Made by a program: the position numbers and the translations under genes. A DNA stretch of 64,000 nt from a virus. Each line of letters starts with the position of its first letter. The stretch's first letter is position 1. The notes beneath the pieces are model-generated. The model made no database searches and was not told where the DNA came from. It saw only the letters and a program-made list of their open reading frames with translations. This document shows, piece after piece, positions 47,187-55,749 of the stretch. The stretch spans positions 1-64,000 of the IMG/VR virus record IMGVR_UViG_3300048997_000130; one strand, given 5' to 3'.

Positions 47187-47770
47187 TATTTTTTAATAAT
47201 AATCTTTTCTAGATAAGAAGCTGGATAAGGAGCTATAAGCGGTTTGGATAACAGTCGAGCTGATACTACGACTCGACCATCTTCTAATATATCAACAACA
47301 TATCCGGGTAAATTTTTATTTTCACCACGAATAATTTTGACTCTATCGTCTACTTCGAATGGTGTATTCCCGATGGCTTCCAGCCCGTCTCGCATCGGGT
47401 TTAATTTATCATCATCAATTAATGAATAAACCGGTCCACCTTTACTAGTACCAGGATTACATAATACTTCCCGGAAATAATTCGTATCTCGTAATTTCAA
47501 ATAATGGACGCCATCTTCATATCTAATGAAGATATAACCTTCCATATAAATCAGGATTTGAGAATCCGATCGAATCTTAGATGATACCGCAGGAACAAAT
47601 ACATCTATGTTGGGACGACCAAGTATCCGGCGCGCAGCACGGATTAAAATTGCTGGATCCATCCCGTGTTCCCCATTAGATGATAACTCCACAATCACCC
47701 ATTTAGGGCGCGGAGAATCACTGGAATCCACGGAAGAGTGTGGAGAATTCTTGATCTGTGATTGGGACAC
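47186..47770 (-). CDS. nusG: NusG-family transcription factor (NGN + KOW)
   Basis: WVIV, VFVP, YMEGYIFI NGN pattern; FEVDDRVKIIRGENKNLPGYV KOW. Confidence 0.8.
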   Translation of the reverse strand: MSQSQIKNSPHSSVDSSDSPRPKWVIVELSSNGEHGMDPAILIRAARRILGRPNIDVFVPAVSSKIRSDSQILIYMEGYIFIRYEDGVHYLKLRDTNYFREVLCNPGTSKGGPVYSLIDDDKLNPMRDGLEAIGNTPFEVDDRVKIIRGENKNLPGYVVDILEDGRVVVSARLLSKPLIAPYPASYLEKIIIKK

Positions 47771-49157
47771 GGTTCGGATCTAACAATACCTGTTCCGACG
47801 GAGAAGAAACATTCTCGACTGTCGAATTTTTATCCGGACCGGTGGAAGGTTCGATTTTATTATCTAGTGACGTGAGATTTTCGGAAGCTGTAAATTTGAC
47901 GCCATCAACTTCAATGGATTTTTGAACAATCCTCTTAGGGGCAGTATTTTTGGTGTTCTTCTCATTAGGTTCCGAGGGCTTCGGGGCAGACGACGTCCCA
48001 ACTTTTGGAACTGAACTAGCAAGGCTCGCATCCGGTTCCGGAGATGGAAGGGAAGTAGACGTCGTCCCCACTACTGTAGGAACCGAATTACTAATAAACT
48101 TTGTATTTAGTTCCGGAGGCCTAGAAATAGATTGATGTTCTCCTCCAGTATTAGGATGATGCAGAAGTATAGCCTCGATATCTGAATAAGTAGGTTTAGA
48201 TAATGCACCCAATTGACGAGATACTTCAGTCCATGATCGTAATCGAACTTGAAATGATCGAAGAGGAACAGGATACGTAGATTGCGCACCAACATCTGCT
48301 CGAAGCCCGCTGGCGATCGCCCAAATTATAGAATCTCGTGCCCAAGTAGGTCCTTCATGTTGTGCCAGTTTATCAAGTAATTCGAATCCTGATTTTGGAT
48401 CTGAATCGATAGTAAATAATATTTTATCAATTAGTGTATAACTATCAAAATGATAAAATTCTCGAACAGAATCTAAAATCAAAGGCCCGAGTTTAGAAAG
48501 CGATTCCACAGCCAAGATACTACTACGTGGCGTACCACCGTTCATACGAATAATAAGTGTTAAAGCATCATCTTGAGCTTCAATTTGTTCTTGAGAACAA
48601 ATTGCGCGCAATCTATCATGTAGAGCATCAATAGGAGGAAGATATACCGGGTATTCCTCAATCCTATCGCGAATTGGACCTTGGACTTTAAAAGGTTCGG
48701 TAGTACATAAGATAACTATGAACAATCGAGATTCTATGGCTTTAAGCAAAGCATCTTGAGCTGCTTTAGATAATCGTTGAGCTTCGTCTAGTATATAAAT
48801 TTGTAAATCTTGACCATCAATTGATCCATAATCTGCATCACGGACCATAGCTCGTATTTTATCTATCGTGCCTTGAGATGCGGCGTCGAGTTCCTCAACA
48901 CCGGAATAAGTATCGCTTTCGATAGCTTTGCAAACTAAACAATCATTACATGGCTCCCCATCTTGGAGATTTTGACATTTAATGGCTTTAACTATAATCC
49001 GTGCTAAAGTGGTCTTCCCACAACCCTTGGGACCACCTAACATCATGGATTGATTGATCAACGATCCATCACGGCTTCTAATATGTAATAGCTTCCGGAT
49101 TCCAGGATTCCCTAATACATCAGCAAACCGGACGGGTCGATATTTAATATCAAACAT
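47718..49157 (-). CDS. dnaX: DNA polymerase III gamma/tau-like clamp loader
   Basis: KYRPVRFADVLG, GPKGCGKTT, GEPCNDCLVC, ELDAAS, ILDEAQRLS, ALLKAIE. Confidence 0.93.
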   Translation of the reverse strand: MFDIKYRPVRFADVLGNPGIRKLLHIRSRDGSLINQSMMLGGPKGCGKTTLARIIVKAIKCQNLQDGEPCNDCLVCKAIESDTYSGVEELDAASQGTIDKIRAMVRDADYGSIDGQDLQIYILDEAQRLSKAAQDALLKAIESRLFIVILCTTEPFKVQGPIRDRIEEYPVYLPPIDALHDRLRAICSQEQIEAQDDALTLIIRMNGGTPRSSILAVESLSKLGPLILDSVREFYHFDSYTLIDKILFTIDSDPKSGFELLDKLAQHEGPTWARDSIIWAIASGLRADVGAQSTYPVPLRSFQVRLRSWTEVSRQLGALSKPTYSDIEAILLHHPNTGGEHQSISRPPELNTKFISNSVPTVVGTTSTSLPSPEPDASLASSVPKVGTSSAPKPSEPNEKNTKNTAPKRIVQKSIEVDGVKFTASENLTSLDNKIEPSTGPDKNSTVENVSSPSEQVLLDPNRVPITDQEFSTLFRGFQ

Positions 49158-49158
49158 A

Positions 49159-49656
49159 TTACGTCCTCAATGATTTTTCGAGATTTATCAATCCATCATG
49201 CCATTGACCATGACGTGCAGCAACTTCAGGAAATTCTTGAACTTCGGGCGGAATTATGCGCCATTTATATTCACCCGATTCTTCTACTTCCTCACCAATG
49301 CATCGCGAAAGCAAATGATCGATGAGTGCTTTGCGTTGATTAACAGCCAAGTCATTCCAAACTTCCAGCGCGATTTCAAGAATAAAATCGCAATCAATCA
49401 AGAATTCAAATTTACTGGACACCTTATAAACATTGCCAGGGACTGGCTTCCCAGCTCGTTTAGTAGCTTTATTTCTACATATATATTTAATGCGTGCTTC
49501 CACCAAATATGGATGGAATCTCGGAATCAAATCTTTTGCAACTTCTTCGGCAGCTTCGAACGTATCAAATAATAATGGGATTTTTTCTGCTTTCTGTTTC
49601 ACATCACGCTGAGCTGGATCAAAATTTTCGCGCGAATCATTCATAATTAACCTCAA
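49159..49656 (-). CDS. Phage metallopeptidase-like protein (degenerate HExxH)
   Basis: DFILEI...W...QRKALIDHLLSRC, PEVQEFPEVAARHG pattern; canonical HExxH replaced by HLLSR. Confidence 0.6.
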   Translation of the reverse strand: MRLIMNDSRENFDPAQRDVKQKAEKIPLLFDTFEAAEEVAKDLIPRFHPYLVEARIKYICRNKATKRAGKPVPGNVYKVSSKFEFLIDCDFILEIALEVWNDLAVNQRKALIDHLLSRCIGEEVEESGEYKWRIIPPEVQEFPEVAARHGQWHDGLINLEKSLRT

Positions 49657-50447
49657 TTCATATTATTCAAAAAATAATGCCGGAATTTTTCGTCACCAAC
49701 TCGTCGCCAGAAATCATTCACATCTTTGTCTTTATCGTTCAATTTCGGATATTTTATATTTTGAATTGAAACAAATTTATCTGATTGGCGTTGGATGAAT
49801 CGAAGCACACCATATCGTCCAGCTTCATCTAAATCAAAACAAAGATTTACTTTATCGACAAATCTATAAAGGAATTTGAGTTGCGCCTCACCAAGAGAAC
49901 TGGTTGTAATGGCAGCAACGCAGGGTGTAACTAAGCGACTTATGACCATAGAGTCCATAGCGCCTTCGACCAAACATATCTCACGACGAGCCCAAACATT
50001 ATCCATGCACGCGGATAATCCAAAAAAATATCCTTCAGGACGCCTTTTCATCAAGAATGAATCATAAGATTTTTCAATCAACGATCGAACTTGGAATCCA
50101 ATTGGATTCCCAGTATAATTCGTCAACGGAAAAACTATACTTCCAGCGATTCTCCTGCCAGCAATCGGGATTTTCGGAACATCGTCAGATTCTCGAACCC
50201 AAGACGTAGACCAGCGAGTAAATTGGCAAACGTCACACCAGTTATTAGGCGAGTTAGAATCATTACATCGGATTCCATGATTCGGATCGTGTGTTGGATC
50301 TGCTACATAATCACCTCCAACATAACCTATACGATGACGTTTCCATTGATCTTCTGACGAACCACGGCTTATTAAATAATCTCGGGCAACATCGGATTCA
50401 TTTAAGCATCCTGATGCCCAATCTAAAAAAGGCTCCAGAAAATTCAT
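49653..50447 (-). CDS. DNA primase (DnaG-like catalytic/TOPRIM core)
   Basis: IVFPL, GFQVR, ICLVEGAMD, LCFDLDEAG, KDVND. Confidence 0.85.
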   Translation of the reverse strand: MNFLEPFLDWASGCLNESDVARDYLISRGSSEDQWKRHRIGYVGGDYVADPTHDPNHGIRCNDSNSPNNWCDVCQFTRWSTSWVRESDDVPKIPIAGRRIAGSIVFPLTNYTGNPIGFQVRSLIEKSYDSFLMKRRPEGYFFGLSACMDNVWARREICLVEGAMDSMVISRLVTPCVAAITTSSLGEAQLKFLYRFVDKVNLCFDLDEAGRYGVLRFIQRQSDKFVSIQNIKYPKLNDKDKDVNDFWRRVGDEKFRHYFLNNMN

Positions 50448-50450
50448 GAT

Positions 50451-51068
50451 TCAAGTTTCAGATTGAAGGAAACTCATACCCATTCGAATATTATGTAAAA
50501 TGATCCCAGAATTCCCACCAAGTATTTGAGTATACATTCCAACCATGTCTGGTCGAGAAAGAAATGTTACTGTATGGACTTTAGATGGTACTACATGACA
50601 AATGGAATGGAACTTGGATGTTTTGGAATCGAATGCCTTACCGAATCGTTTGGAACATTGAGCAATAGTCCATGAATCTGGAACTAAACACATGTGTGGT
50701 TGAGTCTTCAATCCAGAATTGTATCGAACAAAATTATAAGCTGCAGTCAAAGATCCACGTCCGGAGAAGATATTTACCCATTGTTCAGCAACACTCAGTT
50801 CATAAGCAGCACGTATCATAGGCTCTATAACATCATCTATCCTATCAGAATCATGCGGGAACATTCCAACACGAATATATCGATCATTAAATATACGACG
50901 AGACGTAAGGAATTGTGCTCGAGTCCCGCTAATAATCGCGGGCAAAAATTCAGGACGTGCTGGAACTTCAATAGCTAACGGAATAGCATCAACGTTAGAT
51001 CGAGGCCTATGCAAATCATGATCTAGGATCTTTAAAAGAATCATTATTCCAAATCCAAGAAATATCAC
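50451..51068 (-). CDS. Hypothetical protein
   Basis: 205-aa ORF; true start probably downstream of tracked start. Confidence 0.6.
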   Translation of the reverse strand: MIFLGFGIMILLKILDHDLHRPRSNVDAIPLAIEVPARPEFLPAIISGTRAQFLTSRRIFNDRYIRVGMFPHDSDRIDDVIEPMIRAAYELSVAEQWVNIFSGRGSLTAAYNFVRYNSGLKTQPHMCLVPDSWTIAQCSKRFGKAFDSKTSKFHSICHVVPSKVHTVTFLSRPDMVGMYTQILGGNSGIILHNIRMGMSFLQSET

Positions 51069-51609
51069 CAGATGGTAATTGCGGAGATTCTGGTTTTATT
51101 GTATGAAGCCTAATCCATGTTCTGATTTGATCAACAACACGAATCCACCAGGAACGGTCATTAAATTTAATACGATATCCAAGAACCCATTGCAAAGTGG
51201 CGATATCTAAAAAATTATCATATACATATCGATCATCTTCCAGTAAAACATCAAATTCTTGAGCTAAAACAGCGACAGTCTTTTTGGGTTGGAAAAATGG
51301 ACAAATGCGAGCGATTGAAGTATCATCACAAATCAATCCGGACCATGTTTCAGGATCAGATTGTCCATATGTACAAATATGGATTGGTCGAGAATTATCC
51401 TGAATTACTACTAGAGTAGTAACAGTCCTAGGAGCAATTTCCAAATTCGTATTTAGATCTTCTTGCACATATGGGAGTTTTTTAGGATAATGGACAATAT
51501 TATGTAAACAGTTATCATGTCGTCGTGAAATAGCAGCTTTTATATATTGATTTTTATATCTATCTTGGAGCCGGCGCAGTCTTCTGCGGATGACTGATTC
51601 TATTTTCAC
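51016..51609 (-). CDS. Hypothetical protein
   Basis: 197-aa ORF with scattered Cys. Confidence 0.6.
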   Translation of the reverse strand: MKIESVIRRRLRRLQDRYKNQYIKAAISRRHDNCLHNIVHYPKKLPYVQEDLNTNLEIAPRTVTTLVVIQDNSRPIHICTYGQSDPETWSGLICDDTSIARICPFFQPKKTVAVLAQEFDVLLEDDRYVYDNFLDIATLQWVLGYRIKFNDRSWWIRVVDQIRTWIRLHTIKPESPQLPSGDISWIWNNDSFKDPRS

Positions 51610-51614
51610 AATAG

Positions 51615-52262
51615 TTACCGTACACTTTGGTCTCGTAACTTCAAACTCTTTATATTATTCGAATCCCGAATCGTGTATGCTTCATATGATTTATGAGCAT
51701 GATTCAAAAATTCTTCATTATGAGTCACCATGAGTATATTGATTCCAGTATCTTCAGATATTTGGCGCATAAAACTGGCTGCATTTGGAATATAACGAGC
51801 AGCAAGCCCGGACATGGATTCATCAAGCAACAATAAATTCCCCATATTCAATCGAGTCATGACAGCAAGTCGCAGAATAAAAGAAGCCATAAGAACGGCT
51901 CCTCCCCCAAATGAAGACATAGGATCAGCTTCTATACCATCCTCTTCGATAACAAAACGCATAGCCAAACGGTTATACTTTAATTCTTGTTTAATATTGA
52001 ATTTGAGTGTTTGATCTCGGATCGTATGTTGAAGACCACTAGTAACCAAATCCGATATTGAATCAACATTAGATTTCAATAAGTCTTCAAGCCACTTCTT
52101 ATATACTTCAGAACTCTTTTGATTTAATTCAGCTGAATATTTCAATTTAGCAATCTCATCCTCCAGACTTTGGAGTTGAGATCGTAATACATCTCGATGC
52201 GCTCGTACTCGAGCCACATTATGTTTAAATGATTCCAAACGCGTAGATTGAACGGATGTCAT
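51615..52262 (-). CDS. SbcC/Rad50 C-terminal half (coiled coil, signature, Walker B, H-loop)
   Basis: PMSSFGGG, LLLLDES, ILMVTHN; no Walker A. Confidence 0.82.
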   Translation of the reverse strand: MTSVQSTRLESFKHNVARVRAHRDVLRSQLQSLEDEIAKLKYSAELNQKSSEVYKKWLEDLLKSNVDSISDLVTSGLQHTIRDQTLKFNIKQELKYNRLAMRFVIEEDGIEADPMSSFGGGAVLMASFILRLAVMTRLNMGNLLLLDESMSGLAARYIPNAASFMRQISEDTGINILMVTHNEEFLNHAHKSYEAYTIRDSNNIKSLKLRDQSVR

Positions 52263-53392
52263 CGACGTACCATGCTAGTTATATAATGACGAGCTTTAAT
52301 GCCCAAGTCCAAATTAGATTCTCGTATGCAAGCTAACGCTGGTAATTCTTTGTGTTGATATTCCAGAGTTATATCGTTATCTAAATATCCTAAAATAGAA
52401 ACAAAATGTTTGACCGGAAAATCAGCTTCGAAATTCCCACCACGCATAATTTGGCATTCCAGACGTGATATTTCTTCAGTACCATTCCGAATTTCTAATT
52501 CACCACCGTTATCATCATTTTTTTGAACTAAAAAGCTTAATCTCTGAGTACCATCCATGGCCAAAGATACCCAACTCAAACATTTCTTTAAACTTTCTCC
52601 ATTTAAAGAAATAGAATGTTGATAATCCGTTTCTGGCATCGACTCATAACTGGGTTTATTACAAGTGACTTTGCTGAACGCTATGATAGACTGGGTTGCA
52701 GGATCAATCATATAGAGCCGCGCGGCATCGTGACATAGCTGAACGGTCTCTGACGTGGCTTTGGAACAAAACGATCGAATAACAGGTAAATCAGAACTAA
52801 TTATGCTCAAGTCAAAATTCAATCCATTCATAGAAGCAATGGTCGCATAGAAGCGAGCGATGGACACTGCACATCCATAATCAGAATAAAAATGAATTTG
52901 ATTAATTCGCATATCATCTTCAGTCTTAGTTTCTCGGATCAGAGCTGAACAGGATAATTGCTTCAGCAAATGATCAAAGCTCTTAGACTGGACTTCATAT
53001 AAATCCAAATCAGCTGGAAAATCTGGAATTTTCGGACGACGAGCCTTAAGCGCGCGCGGCTTTAGACTCACCATTCGATTAGTTCCGTCACCTTCAACGC
53101 GAATTTTTAAATTCTTATCGTTAACAGTAATAATTATCTTATCTAAATCCGTATCAAATAATGCAATCCTATCAGTAGTTATATAAAATTCTTCAGATCG
53201 ATAATCCGGCTCAACATCTGATTGTTGAGAATATTGAACAATCGATTTTACATAACTCCGTTTGTTATATGAAAATATAACAGCAAATCGCTCGAAAAAT
53301 TGGAAACTAAAATCATTAGTTTCCGGTTTAACGAGCCGAGCAATAGCAATACCGCGTTTTAAAGCATTGGCATCAAAGATGAATTTAGACAT
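52259..53392 (-). CDS. Sliding clamp, DNA Pol III beta-like
   Basis: 377 aa (beta-clamp size); N-term MSKFIFDANAL; C-term EADFPVKHFVSIL...YITSMVRR resembles beta-clamp end; near dnaX. Confidence 0.6.
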   Translation of the reverse strand: MSKFIFDANALKRGIAIARLVKPETNDFSFQFFERFAVIFSYNKRSYVKSIVQYSQQSDVEPDYRSEEFYITTDRIALFDTDLDKIIITVNDKNLKIRVEGDGTNRMVSLKPRALKARRPKIPDFPADLDLYEVQSKSFDHLLKQLSCSALIRETKTEDDMRINQIHFYSDYGCAVSIARFYATIASMNGLNFDLSIISSDLPVIRSFCSKATSETVQLCHDAARLYMIDPATQSIIAFSKVTCNKPSYESMPETDYQHSISLNGESLKKCLSWVSLAMDGTQRLSFLVQKNDDNGGELEIRNGTEEISRLECQIMRGGNFEADFPVKHFVSILGYLDNDITLEYQHKELPALACIRESNLDLGIKARHYITSMVRR

Positions 53393-53395
53393 ATA

Positions 53396-53707
53396 TCAAG
53401 ACTTATTGATATCATCTACCATCGGACGAAGCAATTTTTCAGCAGCTTCAATGTCAGATTCATAAGTATCTAGCTTTACTCGCATTACTTGATTCAAATG
53501 GTGAACTTCTTGCCGAATATTATTCGGATCGAGTCCGGCTTCTCGAGCAGCATCCATATGTTTCTTCAAATTCCGTTTCCGAGCTGCAAGTTCAGCTTCA
53601 ATATGGCTCTTTTGAGTTACTAAAGAGTCTCTTCGGATAGAGAGCTTCTGATGGCGTTTTACAAGTTCGTCAATTGAATTGGACATTTCATCACGCATGG
53701 ATTTCAC
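53396..53707 (-). CDS. Coiled-coil hypothetical protein
   Basis: 103 aa heptad-rich. Confidence 0.65.
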   Translation of the reverse strand: MKSMRDEMSNSIDELVKRHQKLSIRRDSLVTQKSHIEAELAARKRNLKKHMDAAREAGLDPNNIRQEVHHLNQVMRVKLDTYESDIEAAEKLLRPMVDDINKS

Positions 53708-53718
53708 CTAATTATAAA

Positions 53719-54585
53719 TTACATTAACTCTATGTCAAACACAGAACTCTCTACACGATTAACTGAAGCTACACGATGATCAGCCAAATATTTGATACCA
53801 GGCTGACATGTTTGGTTATACGAACATAGTTTACAAGCAGCTGATGGAGTCGGATCGAATTTTTTATTTAAAATATTTTGAACGGTAGTCAAAGTACGAT
53901 TTCGAAGCTTCCGAAGAGATTGAGCATCATAATCTACCCATTGCAAAGCATCTTTAGGAAAGCGCCAATAAATGAATCCGATTCTAGACGGAGCAACACG
54001 AAATTTCAAATAATGTAGTAATGCATACCATATTAATTGATTGGTATCTGAATATAATTCTCTATGTTTAGATGCTTTTCCATCTAATATTGATACTCCA
54101 CGATCATAATGAATAAAATCGGATTTCCCACCAAATTTAACAGTTAGATTATGTTCGGCACTATAATATAATTGAGTTAGATCAAGTTCAGCCACGCTGT
54201 TTGGAGAAATCAAATGATATTTCCGAATAACTTCCAGCGCATGTGGAACTAACTGTTCCAATTCATATTTTATATTATCGACATACCAGGTATCGGATAA
54301 TGGATCGAATTTTTCATGTTGAAAAATTCGATCCATAGCTTTAGGTATAAGTGCCATCACATTCAATAGCACATTAGGACCCGCCCAAATCCGATTGTTA
54401 TAGAACCATTCAAAAATTTTTCCAATAATTGATCCGAACATTGAATCGCGTGGATCGCGTGGTTTTCCGGGCTCCTTTACAATATAATGCAAATTATATT
54501 GTAAAGGACATAAATTATAAGTACGATCGCCTGAATAACTTAAATACAGATCGTATCGAGATATTGTGGCATTAGAACGATACAT
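53719..54585 (-). CDS. PD-(D/E)XK exonuclease, RecB/Cas4-like
   Basis: LSYS...CPLQY, GGKSDF, ILDGK, QLIWYAL, C-terminal ACKLCSYNQTC. Confidence 0.82.
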   Translation of the reverse strand: MYRSNATISRYDLYLSYSGDRTYNLCPLQYNLHYIVKEPGKPRDPRDSMFGSIIGKIFEWFYNNRIWAGPNVLLNVMALIPKAMDRIFQHEKFDPLSDTWYVDNIKYELEQLVPHALEVIRKYHLISPNSVAELDLTQLYYSAEHNLTVKFGGKSDFIHYDRGVSILDGKASKHRELYSDTNQLIWYALLHYLKFRVAPSRIGFIYWRFPKDALQWVDYDAQSLRKLRNRTLTTVQNILNKKFDPTPSAACKLCSYNQTCQPGIKYLADHRVASVNRVESSVFDIELM

Positions 54586-54603
54586 TAAATATTAGTATAC
54601 CAA

Positions 54604-55602
54604 TTATTCATCAACAAGGCCAGCTTCAGCAGCTTCAGCGGTATCAAGAATAACTTGTTTCAGATCGGTCGGATAATCAGTCCGCTCTAACTGCGCCAAA
54701 AAATTTTGTACTCCACCATCTTGAGGAGTTTGAGACTGCGTGCGTAATATGTGTATGAAATCTTCTAAATCGCGGCGATTAGTATCAAGTGTTTTTTTGA
54801 GTTCTAAATCAAATATTTGTTTAGCGTCATCACATGGAATTTTATGAACATCAATAGAAATACCTTGAGAATTGCATGTAATATGAGTAACTTTGGGGAT
54901 CCTATCTAAATTCTCAAAAGTTAATGCACCACGTGATACTGCTCCAACATTCACAAATTGAACACCTAAATGGGTTTGGACACCTTGGTCTTTGTGATAA
55001 TGTCCGAACACATATACATCAGGGCATCCTTCATATACTAAATCGCGATAATCAAAAATTTTCTCGCTGAAGAATGAACTAAATTTCTCACTCGGAGAGT
55101 GAGCAGCAAGTGCATGTACTAAAGCAATTGTATAGGTATCGCCGTCTCGCTTCCGGACTTTATCACGGAGTCCTTCATCATCAAGGTCAACAGTGAAATC
55201 GACACCAACCACTCGAACATTCATAGATCCAGATGTAAAAGTCTGATCTTGAATGTGTTGGAACACATTCGATCGATATAATACTCCAATTGGTTGGCGT
55301 GGTATTGATCCAGGATCATTATAAGACATATCGTGATTGCCGGACACTGCATGCGTCGGACAGGAATATGCACGGTGAATGCGAGCAACTTCAGCCACGG
55401 TCCCCATAGTAGTTTTGTTAGAGGCCTTTACGTGAAAGAGATCGCCAATTCTGAACAAAGCGTCCGCTGAAACTCGCTTCGCAAGCTCGCCTTGCCAAAT
55501 CATTTTCTGCAAAATTGAATTTTTGTAATTATCTTTGCGAAAACCCGGAGCTATCTCGCAAAGATGCTCGTCGGATGACGTGACAAAACGAATTTCAGAC
55601 AT
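54604..55602 (-). CDS. SbcD/Mre11-like metallophosphoesterase nuclease
   Basis: SSDEH, IGDLFH, SGNHD, VHAL, FGHYH; start reassigned to ATG 55602 (MSEIRF). Confidence 0.87.
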   Translation of the reverse strand: MSEIRFVTSSDEHLCEIAPGFRKDNYKNSILQKMIWQGELAKRVSADALFRIGDLFHVKASNKTTMGTVAEVARIHRAYSCPTHAVSGNHDMSYNDPGSIPRQPIGVLYRSNVFQHIQDQTFTSGSMNVRVVGVDFTVDLDDEGLRDKVRKRDGDTYTIALVHALAAHSPSEKFSSFFSEKIFDYRDLVYEGCPDVYVFGHYHKDQGVQTHLGVQFVNVGAVSRGALTFENLDRIPKVTHITCNSQGISIDVHKIPCDDAKQIFDLELKKTLDTNRRDLEDFIHILRTQSQTPQDGGVQNFLAQLERTDYPTDLKQVILDTAEAAEAGLVDE

Positions 55603-55749
55603 ATTAAATATTACACTCCAAAATCCAACGTTTATTATTGGAATTGTTTCTTTATAAATTAAACAATCACTCGGTAACGTATAAATTACGCGGGCATAGT
55701 CTAATTGCAAGGCGCAAATTCACCCCGGATTTGAGATGTTAGGTCAAAA

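Noticed and set aside
47718-48200. Programmed frameshift producing gamma/tau forms of DnaX
   Set aside because: No A AAA AAG slippery site with downstream hairpin was found by eye
53719-54585. Cas4-like nuclease as a sign of CRISPR-Cas
   Set aside because: No repeat-spacer array or other cas genes seen; context is recombination/repair
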